The notes: generated by a model from the sequence alone, not told the origin. 64,000 nt of DNA from an uncultured Nitrospiraceae bacterium (GCA_963727775.1 CAVSHB010000001.1:800001-864000); one strand, 5' to 3'. Positions 1-11,049 are shown, numbered from the stretch's first letter. Numbers and translations: made by a program.

Positions 1-59
1 TATTTATGTGAACTCTTTAGAAAGATATATATTTTTTGTATCTATTGGCGCATTACCTG

Positions 60-81
60 CTCGCAACCGCCTCGCAACCGC
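60..81. repeat. Perfect 11-bp tandem repeat CTCGCAACCGC x2
   Basis: Read directly: 60-70 and 71-81. Confidence 0.8.
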
Positions 82-368
82 TTGTTTCTTCTGACATTGC
101 TCGGAGTGAAAACTTCCGAAAAGAACAGATTCATAATAGAAAGGAACGTACATGATGATTCTCTCTTTTCCTTGCTTGGAGGCAAAAGTCACACTCACCA
201 ATTGTCTTATATGTGTGTTGAGTAGATGAGGAAATCTTGAGTGGTCAGGTCTTTCTGTTTTTAACAGTTAGACATAATGTATTAAACCTGTCCAACCTTA
301 AGGCACGTGGATTAAGCTTTAAGGTGAAAAAACCATAGGCTCAGAGCCACAATTAAGGAGGACAGGTT

Positions 369-1496
369 ATGGATAAGTATAGCAGCAAATATGTAGGAAT
401 GGATGTGCACAAGGAAACGATAGCAGTAGCGATAGCAAAGGAAGGACGCGGGGAGCCGGTTTATTACGGAGAGATACCCAATAACGGTGAGTCAATAAGG
501 AAGCTGGTTAAAAAAGTGGGTTCGAACGGGGAACGAGTATCGTTTTGCTATGAAGCCGGACCATGTGGGTATGAAGTATACCGTCAGTTGATTGATCTTG
601 GTCAGAGGTGTGATGTGGTTGCTCCATCGCTTATCCCAAGGAAATCAGGAGATCGCGTGAAGACAGATCGGAGGGATGCTAACACTCTGACTCGGTTACA
701 TCGTGCGGGAGAACTGACGCCGGTATGGGTTCCGGATAAAGAGCAGGAAGCGATGAGAGATTTAACCCGAGCCCGTGAAGATATGAAGACTATGGAAGGA
801 CATGCCAAACAGCGGCTTGGAGCATTCCTTCTGCGTCATGGAAAGAGATATCCTGGGAGGAGTAAATGGACGCAGGCGCATTTTCGATGGCTGGAAGGGA
901 TAAAGTTTGAGATTCCCGCACAGCAGCTTGTTTTCCAGGAGTATGTTGATACGGTCAAGCAAATGCAAAGGCGCGAGGCTTCACTGGAAGAAGAAATGCG
1001 TCACGCAGTAGAAGGGTGGTCTTTGGCGCCTGTAGTAACAGGTCTGATGGCACTTCGGGGTGTCGACATCATTACAGCAATGACGGTCATTGCCGAACTG
1101 GGCGACATCAGTCGCTTTGAATCTCCTCGTCAGCTCATGGCTCACCTGGGGTTAGTTCCGAGTGAGCACTCAAGCGGCAGTCGTCGCCAGCGAGGCGGGA
1201 TAACCAAAACCGGCAATGGACATGCAAGGCGTGTGCTTATAGAAGCTTCGTGGTGTTATCGATTGCCGGCACGCAAGACGGCTCATTTGCAGCGACGGGC
1301 AGAGAAGACCAGCGAAGCGGTACAAGCCATTGCATGGAAGGCGCAAAAACGGTTATGCAAGAGATATTGGTACTTGATCAATAAGGGGAAACTTCCGGTT
1401 CAAGCATGTACCGCTGTAGCACGTGAACTGAGCGGCTTTATTTGGGCAATTGCATGTGACGTAATGGGAAAGACTAATGCCTGTATCACCAGATAA
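369..1496 (+). CDS. IS110 DEDD recombinase/transposase
   Basis: GMDVHK, YEAGPCG, KTDRRDA (RuvC-like DEDD) and GLVPSEHSSG, ITKTGN (C-terminal Tnp domain with catalytic Ser). Confidence 0.95.
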   Translation: MDKYSSKYVGMDVHKETIAVAIAKEGRGEPVYYGEIPNNGESIRKLVKKVGSNGERVSFCYEAGPCGYEVYRQLIDLGQRCDVVAPSLIPRKSGDRVKTDRRDANTLTRLHRAGELTPVWVPDKEQEAMRDLTRAREDMKTMEGHAKQRLGAFLLRHGKRYPGRSKWTQAHFRWLEGIKFEIPAQQLVFQEYVDTVKQMQRREASLEEEMRHAVEGWSLAPVVTGLMALRGVDIITAMTVIAELGDISRFESPRQLMAHLGLVPSEHSSGSRRQRGGITKTGNGHARRVLIEASWCYRLPARKTAHLQRRAEKTSEAVQAIAWKAQKRLCKRYWYLINKGKLPVQACTAVARELSGFIWAIACDVMGKTNACITR

Positions 1497-1529
1497 GGAT
1501 AAAACGAATTGACGACAGAACGAAACTAT

Positions 1530-1790
1530 CGGTGTTGTCTTCCGGGGCTCCAAAAGAGGTGGAGTGTTTCTCCGCTCCTCCAGACAACGCTATTTATTTG
1601 GAAAATGTGCACTTCGGCCAGGGCAGCAGTCGGTGGGGAGATCCCTCGTACCTACTATGAGGCGCCTGAATATAGGATGACCCTCGATGTTAGACAGAGG
1701 CAGCTCCACGACGAAAATAAGTCATGCGGTACCCAACCCGCGTATATCAGAGTGATCTACCGTCGTTTATCACTGCTGTTCTGCCCTAAG
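1530..1790 (+). ncRNA. Bridge RNA/seekRNA of IS110 copy 1 (predicted)
   Basis: Nested stems (1532-1540/1582-1590; 1620-1630/1772-1787) enclosing loops whose sequences match the element's target and donor sites. RNA ends are estimates. Confidence 0.75.
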
Positions 1791-2065
1791 TTCACACGCT
1801 CAAAGGAGACCATATAAGAGGCAATAAAAATACCCACTTGACAGGTTTAATACATATCAGTAGGTGAAATTGATGTCCGACCTTGCTGAACAATCCTCAC
1901 CACGATCATATCTGTTGCCGATGAATGTTTCTACCAGAATTTCACGCCGGGGAAACGTGACCAACTGCAGGGTGATCTAAACGGGTCACAATATCGGTGT
2001 CACTAAGGTCAGCATAATTCAGGGCGTACTATGCAGTTATGACGAACCGAAATTTTTGAGAGTTA

Positions 2066-2093
2066 CTGTGAGAAATTTTTTTGTCCAGTCCAC
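2066..2093. repeat. Direct repeat, left copy CTGTGAGAAA(T7)GTCCAGTCCAC
   Basis: Second copy at 13642-13670 differs only by one extra T. Confidence 0.9.
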
Positions 2094-2185
2094 ATAGAAA
2101 CAAACGATTTCAAAAGTCATCCTCTACGATGATTATTATTTAAAATAATCACGTGCACTTAGTAGAATTTTTGTACGCAACAAGC

Positions 2186-2214
2186 TTGACGATTAGGAAT
2201 TAATCCTATATAGT
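2186..2214 (+). promoter_or_regulatory. Sigma70 promoter of perR with embedded Per/Fur-like box
   Basis: TTGACG (2186-2191)-N17-TATAGT (2209-2214); imperfect 7-1-7 palindrome TAGGAATTAATCCTA at 2194-2208. Confidence 0.65.
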
Positions 2215-2221
2215 TTAAACT

Positions 2222-2635
2222 ATGGAATTATTTTATCGGAAATCCAAAGAGCATGGTCTGAAAATAACCCCCCAGCGTACCGCTATCTATCAGGAACTTT
2301 TGAAAGCAAAGAACCACCCGTCTGCCGATGACATTTATAAAAGGATAGTAAAGAAGATTCCAAATATATCATTTGATACAGTAAACAGAACCCTCCTGAC
2401 ATTCTCCAAAATAGGGATTATAAATGTAGTTGAGGGGTACGGGCAAGCAAAGCGATATGATCCTGATATGGATATTCATCATCATTTCAGATGTATTCAG
2501 TGTGGCAGCATAATAGACTTTCACAACAAGGAGTATGCCAACATAACTGTCCCTGAAGAAATCAATAAACAGTTTACGGTGCTAAGTAAAAAGGTAGTTC
2601 TTGAAGGTCTTTGCAGTAAGTGCAGAAAAGGGTGA
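2222..2635 (+). CDS. perR: Fur family peroxide-responsive repressor
   Basis: LKITPQR, HPSADDIY, HHHFRCxxC and C-terminal CxxC; directly upstream of katG. Confidence 0.85.
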   Translation: MELFYRKSKEHGLKITPQRTAIYQELLKAKNHPSADDIYKRIVKKIPNISFDTVNRTLLTFSKIGIINVVEGYGQAKRYDPDMDIHHHFRCIQCGSIIDFHNKEYANITVPEEINKQFTVLSKKVVLEGLCSKCRKG

Positions 2636-2652
2636 TATTTTTTCTTCTTTAG

Positions 2653-2686
2653 TAGTATTTATTACTATATAGTAATTTTATATAAT
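2653..2686 (+). promoter_or_regulatory. Per-box-like operator and -10 element upstream of katG
   Basis: TAGTATTTATTACTA (2653-2667), imperfect 7-1-7 palindrome similar to the perR box; TATAAT at 2681-2686. Confidence 0.55.
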
Positions 2687-2861
2687 CTAGAGGAGGTGAT
2701 GACAATGCGTTAAGATAACTTTTCCCCGCTCGTGAATAATAAATAACGACAAATCTACACAAATGGTTGGGTTTGCCGTGATGATAGTGCTTGATGTGGC
2801 TTTTGGTTAAACACATAAGCAAAGATCTCTTTTACTGTTAAAGACAAAAAACCAATGTTAG

Positions 2862-5111
<2,250 letters not shown>

Positions 5112-5222
5112 CCGTAGCATAAACGTCTTCAATGTTCCGGGCAGCCTTTTTACGAGGCACAATGAAAGATATTATGATATGGAACCGCTGGAACCCACCG
5201 GTTCCGAAAAAGGAGGTAGATA

Positions 5223-5612
5223 ATGACAGGTTACGTTGGGCCAATTGAGAAACAAACATTAGATAACAACTTCTTCCGCAAGGTGCTGTTCACCGGTAAA
5301 TACAACCAGCTGGTGGTGATGTGTCTGCAAGGAGGCGAGGAAATCGGCAATGAGGTACATCCGACCGTCGACCAGTTCTTCCGCGTCGAAGAAGGGAAGG
5401 CCAAATTCGTTTTTAATGACAAGGAAGAGCACCTTGCGGGTGATGGGGACGCAGTGATAGTTGCTGCTGGAACATACCATAACGTTATTAATACGTCCCC
5501 AAACAAACCACTCAAGCTCTACACAATTTATAGTCCACCCAATCATCCTGATGGGACCGTACATAAAACAAAGGCTGAAGCAGATGCTGCTGAGGCTGCG
5601 GAACATCATTGA
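5223..5612 (+). CDS. Cupin domain protein
   Basis: EIGNEVHPTVDQFF and GTYHNVIN cupin motifs; LYTIYSPPNH; SD AGGAGG. Confidence 0.88.
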   Translation: MTGYVGPIEKQTLDNNFFRKVLFTGKYNQLVVMCLQGGEEIGNEVHPTVDQFFRVEEGKAKFVFNDKEEHLAGDGDAVIVAAGTYHNVINTSPNKPLKLYTIYSPPNHPDGTVHKTKAEADAAEAAEHH

Positions 5613-6066
5613 ATTTCTGATCATGGGTACTCCCTTCCCTTATGGGGAGGGAATGAACTGGTAAATGCTCATATTCAATTTAAGTGATCAACAATTTGAG
5701 ATGAATTGATGTGCGCAGTTGACCGAAAAATGTTGTGGTTGAGTGGACCCCCTAAAAAGTCACCACTTGTGGCTGAAAGTGAGATTATCGAGTCGATCCA
5801 GGTGACGCGACTTTTTAGATTAAACCCACGGATTGAATAGCGGCCCTAGTAAGAGGATTAGAAACGGTAACTATTACTGTGGCGGAATGTCCACAGTATC
5901 ACGTAGTAGGTGTTGTCGAGAAAAGTGGCATGCGCCTTACGGGGCGAAAGAAACACAGCATTTCAGAGAGTCCTGAAAGACAACACTGCTTCCTCTTCTA
6001 AGTCACGCCTATGATATACTGAACAAAAGTGAAGATTATGACTTGATAGTCAATAGGAGAAATCCC

Positions 6067-6609
6067 ATGGATGCGCTTCTGCTAATTGATTTCCAAAAAG
6101 ACTTCTTTGCTGCAGACGGCCGGATGTCTCTCGGTTCTGAACAAGCAGAACATCTTATCGTGGTTGCCGATAGGCTGATTAATTATTTTCAGAAGAATAA
6201 AGGTGTAGTCATATTTATTGGTAACGAGTTCAACAAAGCCGACTTTGTTGGGAATCTCTTCAGAAGGTTTGCTGCGCTGAAGGGCAGTGACGGCGCACAA
6301 CTCGACTCGCGCATTAATAGTGAAGGTTATCCTTATTTCCCAAAGGCAAAAGCGGATGCATTTTCTAATCCTGATTTGGATACCTATTTGAAAAAGCATG
6401 CAGTGAGTAATATATATCTGTGTGGAGTATACTCGGAAGGCTGCATCAGGGCAACGGCTCTGGGTGCAAAGAAGAGAGGCTATCAAGTCTCTTTGGTAGT
6501 TGATGCAGTTTTATCCAACAGGAGATTTAAACACGATTGGGCGTTGTCGTATTTGAGCAACCGCGGCGTTACCCTAGTGAGTAGTGAAAGTCTATTGATG
6601 CACGCTTAA
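6067..6609 (+). CDS. Isochorismatase/nicotinamidase family cysteine hydrolase
   Basis: ALLLIDFQ, K..DAF, GVYSEGCIRAT (Asp-Lys-Cys triad); ATG 6067 follows SD AGGAGA. Confidence 0.88.
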   Translation: MDALLLIDFQKDFFAADGRMSLGSEQAEHLIVVADRLINYFQKNKGVVIFIGNEFNKADFVGNLFRRFAALKGSDGAQLDSRINSEGYPYFPKAKADAFSNPDLDTYLKKHAVSNIYLCGVYSEGCIRATALGAKKRGYQVSLVVDAVLSNRRFKHDWALSYLSNRGVTLVSSESLLMHA

Positions 6610-6818
6610 GAGAAATCCGCTGTTTCTCATAAAATGAAATATTCCGTTGTTAATGCCTTGCGCTGTCCTTCCTTGTAGTCCGCAGGGGGAGTATCGCGTC
6701 GAAGGGTGTTTGTTATGTTTTTGTAAATCAATACTCTCTTTCCAGACGCCAGCAAATTTCAAGTTAATATTCGGCTCGATATGATAAAATACGTAAAATG
6801 CTATAAGGAGGACTGTAT

Positions 6819-7259
6819 ATGAAAACGAAATTATCCTTAGTTGTGGTGATGCTTGCGATTGCGGTATGTGCAGGCTTGGTCTTCGCAGCTGGGGCGGAAA
6901 AGACATCAAAGGAGAGTGCTACAAAAGGATCTATTCTTTACGTTTGTAATTGTGGCGCTAAGTGCAAGTGCAATACTGTGTCGACAAAACCGGGGAAATG
7001 TGCCTGTGGCAAAGATCTTGTTCCGATGCATGTTTTGAAGATCGACAAAGATGAGGCTCTTCTCTGTACATGCGGAAAGGGATGCAAATGTAAAATTGAC
7101 GAGGCGGATCCCACTAAGTGTGGATGCGGGAAGCCCGTAAAGAGAGTGAGCCTGAAAGGCCTTTATGTCTGTAATTGCGGTCATGGTTGCAACTGTAATA
7201 CCATTTCTGATAAACCAGGCAAGTGCAAATGTGGTAAAGAGTTAAGGAAAGTCGAATAA
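6819..7259 (+). CDS. Exported cysteine-rich protein with three six-Cys repeats
   Basis: Signal peptide ending VFA; three CxCGxxCxC...KCxCGK repeats; SD AAGGAGG. Confidence 0.8.
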   Translation: MKTKLSLVVVMLAIAVCAGLVFAAGAEKTSKESATKGSILYVCNCGAKCKCNTVSTKPGKCACGKDLVPMHVLKIDKDEALLCTCGKGCKCKIDEADPTKCGCGKPVKRVSLKGLYVCNCGHGCNCNTISDKPGKCKCGKELRKVE

Positions 7260-7403
7260 TTAATTGCCTTATCAACGTGTATTGCATCGTATATTATTAG
7301 CGAACACCTATTTTGTTTATTATTAAGAATACCATGAAGGCTGTCGATAGATAACCTTCGTGGTATTCCTGCTCATAGCTGCATGCCCAAGAGTATTTAG
7401 CCA

Positions 7404-7470
7404 ACTGATTCCGATTGATTCCAGCCGGCAATGCCAGTGTATTCCGGCCACTTGTTCCGAGTTCGGCCAC
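7404..7470. mobile_element. Possible IS21-family terminal repeat remnant
   Basis: Repeated ATTCC(G/A)GCC / TTCGGCCAC / TGATTCCGATTGATTCC units resembling multi-repeat IS21 ends; no istA/istB present. Confidence 0.35.
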
Positions 7471-7473
7471 TAA

Positions 7474-9093
7474 CCCAAAAAGTGCAGTTGACCTAAAATA
7501 ATATCCCCGAAGAAATTCTCCTTTCGTATTAGAATCAATAGGTTTACCCGACCATCAACTCTAAACGAAAGGAGAATAGAAATATGCAGTCAAAATGTAG
7601 CACAAAGATCGAAATAAATAAAGTAAGGATTGGATTTACGGAGAAGAAGATGACGGCATATGGGGGATTCAGTTTATTGGCTGCATTTTTTGAAAAGATC
7701 AAATTGAGAGGAATTTTGCAAGAGGTGATTCCGATCCATGAGAGTTCACCCAATGGAATGGGGATATACAGCAAGGTATTGGCATACATCCTTCTGATCT
7801 ATGCGGGAGGCAGCAGGTTTTCTCATCTACTTTATCTTGGTTGGCAGGAGATTTTCACCGATCTTTTTGCAGTGAAGAGGCTTCCTATCGCCTCGACGAC
7901 ATTGGGCAGGCTTTTCAGGAAGATCAGAAAACTGAAGGAAGTGGAAGAGATGTCGGAGGGATTATGGGGATACTTGAAGAGATTGATCCCCTGGAAAGAG
8001 CTCAAAGAGGACTGGTTGACGTTCGATTCTACAGTCCTTGAGCGATACGGAAAACAGGAGGGAGTCAAGAGGGGATATAACCCGAAGAAGAAGGGCCGTG
8101 GTAGCCACAGCCCGCTTCTGGCATTTCTTAACAGAAACAAGTATGTGATAAATCTTTGGAACCGCCCCGGCAACGTGATGTCATGGAACAACATTATTGG
8201 ATTTTTTGAATCCACATGGCAGAGGATCAACGGTCATATCGATATCAAGGGCATTATTGCAGACAGTGGATTTTATCTTAGGGAGTTCATCGAACTGCTT
8301 GAGAAGAGAGAATTAGTATATATCATAGCTGCTCGCCTATATCGTCCGCTGCAGAGGATAATCTACGCACAACAAAACTGGGCACAGGTAGAAGAAGGGA
8401 TATGGATCACTGAGTTCTTCTTCCAGCATGTAGAGTGGATAATCGACAGGAGGTTTATTGCAGTGCGCCAGGATGTCAAGAAGAGACCGCACGCGATGGG
8501 AAAAGAGTTGTCTCTTTTCGGAGATGAGTTTGATACAGGGCATTATCGTTATAGCGTATGGATAACCAATTCACATGATTCTACATATGAGGTATGGAAG
8601 CAATGCAGGCATAGGGCGAACGATGAGAATACCATCAAGGAACTGAAAGAGGATTTTGCACTCGGCGGGTTCTCGATGAAGTATTTCTACTCAACGGAGG
8701 CGGCTATGCTTATTCGGGTATTCATCTACAATCTGTTTGTCCTGTTCAGGCATCAGATACTCGGTCAAAAAGAAAAGACAGAACGTTTGAAAACCTTACG
8801 GTACAAGTATCTTGTCCTTCCAGCCCAATTAGGATGGGATGGAAGGAAACCTGTATTGCGGATTTCTGTCTTTACGCAGAAAGTACGATCAAAACTGCGC
8901 TACCTCTTTAACCGCGTGGGACAATACTTTCCCCCCAGTTTTGGTAATTGCACTGCATTTAGATAAAAAGAACATAATTTTCAGGAGGTGGAACAAGAAA
9001 CAGCATCAGTATTAGCTTTTATATCGACAAATCAGCCAATGCCTTGATAGGCTTGACTCTATAGGTATGCCTATAGCAAACGCATTTTTCGGG
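7474..9093 (+). mobile_element. IS1380 family element A, copy 1 (1620 bp)
   Basis: Terminal IRs CCCAAAAAGTGCAGTT / CCCGAAAAATGCGTTT (rc); 4-bp target duplication CTAA at 7470-7473 and 9094-9097. Confidence 0.92.
7584..8966 (+). CDS. IS1380 family DDE transposase
   Basis: MTAYGG, TFDSTVLERYGKQEG, IADSGFY, RANDENTIKELK. Confidence 0.93.
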   Translation: MQSKCSTKIEINKVRIGFTEKKMTAYGGFSLLAAFFEKIKLRGILQEVIPIHESSPNGMGIYSKVLAYILLIYAGGSRFSHLLYLGWQEIFTDLFAVKRLPIASTTLGRLFRKIRKLKEVEEMSEGLWGYLKRLIPWKELKEDWLTFDSTVLERYGKQEGVKRGYNPKKKGRGSHSPLLAFLNRNKYVINLWNRPGNVMSWNNIIGFFESTWQRINGHIDIKGIIADSGFYLREFIELLEKRELVYIIAARLYRPLQRIIYAQQNWAQVEEGIWITEFFFQHVEWIIDRRFIAVRQDVKKRPHAMGKELSLFGDEFDTGHYRYSVWITNSHDSTYEVWKQCRHRANDENTIKELKEDFALGGFSMKYFYSTEAAMLIRVFIYNLFVLFRHQILGQKEKTERLKTLRYKYLVLPAQLGWDGRKPVLRISVFTQKVRSKLRYLFNRVGQYFPPSFGNCTAFR

Positions 9094-9469
9094 CTAACAG
9101 GGATATCCTTGGTGAGTTTCTCTCCACCAGAAACACTTAGGAAGATGTGCTTCCTGTCCCCCACAAAGTCCAGAATCTAAAAAATGGTGCGTAGTATAAT
9201 AGATAATTCTCACCGGACGGAAACATCGCCCACCTCGTTTACCGAATATTCAAATTCGATAAAATGCTTTATCTTTCACGCCGCAGAAACCCACTCGCTC
9301 AAAGCAGGAGGGGAGAGACTGGACAAAGTCCTCCCCTCCAAATATTTTTTCCGGCCATATTGACTAAATTGAATTATGTGAGAAAATTATCTATAAGGGA
9401 CTGATTATTAAGAATGTTGATCTCATTTTTTCTTATGACACTCAAAAGAAAAAATAAAGGAGGTATCAA

Positions 9470-10027
9470 ATGAAATACTCAGCCTTATTACGGGCACTCC
9501 TGCTTTCCGGACTCATTACCGGCGGTATCGTCTTTTCAGGCTGCATAGGAAAGTCGGATGGAGCACACAGCGTATCAGCGCCGGGTCCGATCAAGGTCTA
9601 TTCTGCAGAAAAAGGGGGCTACGTCATGAGCGAAACTGTTAATAAGAGCAATGAAGAATGGAAAAAACTGCTGACACCCGAACAGTATCACATCATGCGG
9701 GAAAAGGGGACCGAGCGGGCATTTTCCGGAAAATACGCAGACTTCCACGAGCATGGCATTTATCGTTGCGCGGCCTGCGAGCTAGACCTGTTCAGGTCGG
9801 AAGACAAATATGAGTCAGGTACGGGATGGCCGAGCTTCACGGCGCCGATCGCCGCGGAGAACATAATCACCAAACCGGACAATACCCTTTTCAGTCATCG
9901 TACAGAAGTACTTTGCCATCGCTGCGGCAGCCATCTCGGCCACGTTTTTGACGATGGTCCCAAACCGACAGGGCTGCGCTACTGCATGAATTCGGCTGCC
10001 CTGCAATTCGTGGTAACCAAGAAATGA
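9470..10027 (+). CDS. msrB: Methionine-R-sulfoxide reductase, exported (lipobox-like FSGC)
   Basis: GTERAFSG, SGTGWPSF, HLGHVFDDGP, RYCMNS; two CxxC Zn ligands. Confidence 0.95.
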   Translation: MKYSALLRALLLSGLITGGIVFSGCIGKSDGAHSVSAPGPIKVYSAEKGGYVMSETVNKSNEEWKKLLTPEQYHIMREKGTERAFSGKYADFHEHGIYRCAACELDLFRSEDKYESGTGWPSFTAPIAAENIITKPDNTLFSHRTEVLCHRCGSHLGHVFDDGPKPTGLRYCMNSAALQFVVTKK

Positions 10028-10051
10028 TTCATCTGTCAGAGAGGAGGCATA

Positions 10052-10660
10052 ATGAAAATACTTATTACTGCGATGTTGGGACTTTCAGTCTTCCTCATCG
10101 CAACCACCACAGTCATGGCTGCACCTAATCTTGCGAAGGCAACTTTTGCGGGAGGTTGCTTCTGGTGTATGGAGCACCCCTTCGATGAGATTCCCGGCGT
10201 AGTTTCGGTAACATCCGGATACACTGGTGGGCAGAAAAAGAATCCCACCTACGAAGAGGTTTCGGCTGGAGGAACCGGACACGCTGAATCAGTGCAAATC
10301 GTCTATGACCCGACACGAGTTAGCTATGAACAGCTCTTAAACATCTTTTGGCACAACATCGACCCGACTTCAAAGGACCGGCAGTTCTGTGATTCCGGGC
10401 ATCAGTATCGAAGTGCTATTTTTTATCATTCTGAGGAACAGCACGAGCAGGCTCTGCAGTCGAAGGCATTATTGGAAAAGAACAAGCCCTTCAAAGAACC
10501 TGTCGTAACCGAGATTGTTCAGGCCACCGAGTTCTACCCGGCAGAGGATTATCACCAACACTATTACAAGAAGAACCCGATCCGATACAAATACTACCGT
10601 TTCAGATGTGGTCGTGACCAAAGACTTAAGGAGCTGTGGGGCAAAGCTGCAGGGCATTGA
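10052..10660 (+). CDS. msrA: Methionine-S-sulfoxide reductase, exported
   Basis: FAGGCFWCME, GTGHAE, FYPAEDYHQ; N-terminal signal peptide. Confidence 0.96.
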   Translation: MKILITAMLGLSVFLIATTTVMAAPNLAKATFAGGCFWCMEHPFDEIPGVVSVTSGYTGGQKKNPTYEEVSAGGTGHAESVQIVYDPTRVSYEQLLNIFWHNIDPTSKDRQFCDSGHQYRSAIFYHSEEQHEQALQSKALLEKNKPFKEPVVTEIVQATEFYPAEDYHQHYYKKNPIRYKYYRFRCGRDQRLKELWGKAAGH

Positions 10661-10674
10661 TGGGATAGAATGAT

Positions 10675-10971
10675 ATGAAGAACCGAATAACTCAGTCTTT
10701 GACTCTTTTTGTTTTGATGCTGTTTCTCTTTTCAGGTTATGGGGTTTCTCTTGCACAAGATGCTAAAACATCCGAGGTTATTTTTTATGTGAAATGATTT
10801 GACGTTGGCAAGGAGGCCCTGGAAGGGCTGAAGGGAGTGAAGAGAGTTGAAAAAGGCTTTCGCAACTTTAAAGAGATAAATACTGTTTATTATGATCCAG
10901 CAGTAATTACGATTAAAGAAATGGAAATAGCCTTAAAGAAGGCAACTACTTACCTGGGAACAGTTAAGTAG
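10675..10971 (+). CDS. Unannotated exported 98-aa HMA/MsrA-N-like protein with in-frame TGA at codon 41 (candidate selenoprotein)
   Basis: Manual translation MKNRITQSLTLFVLMLFLFSGYGVSLAQDAKTSEVIFYVK-U-FDVGKEALEGLKGVKRVEKGFRNFKEINTVYYDPAVITIKEMEIALKKATTYLGTVK; TGA 10795-10797; hairpin GGCCCT-GGA-AGGGCT at 10815-10829. Confidence 0.72.
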
Positions 10972-11049
10972 TTAATAACGTAACTGTTCTCAATACAGGG
11001 TTAAATTCGCACATATCCGTGAACTTTATCGACTTGTCATACATGAAGC

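Larger units (their letters stand above)
272..1860 (+). mobile_element. IS110 family, IS1111 group, copy 1 (1589 bp)
   Basis: 16-bp sub-terminal inverted repeats ATGTATTAAACCTGTC (277-292) and GACAGGTTTAATACAT (1840-1855); AG core at 270-271 and 1859-1860; ends placed by comparison with copy 2; long non-coding region 3' of the transposase. Confidence 0.92.

Noticed and set aside
1509..1817. 102-aa ORF after the IS110 transposase (and copy 13958-14266)
   Set aside because: TTG start, no recognisable protein, and it overlies the structured guide-RNA region.
2699..2713. Strong SD AGGAGGTGA followed by M(TM)R-stop in the katG leader
   Set aside because: Could be a minigene or gene scar; too short to support a call.
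9306..9339. Hairpin containing GACTGGACAAA, an inverted 11-nt match to the 28-bp repeat; IS200/605-like end considered
   Set aside because: Short match that may be chance; no transposase remnant recognised.
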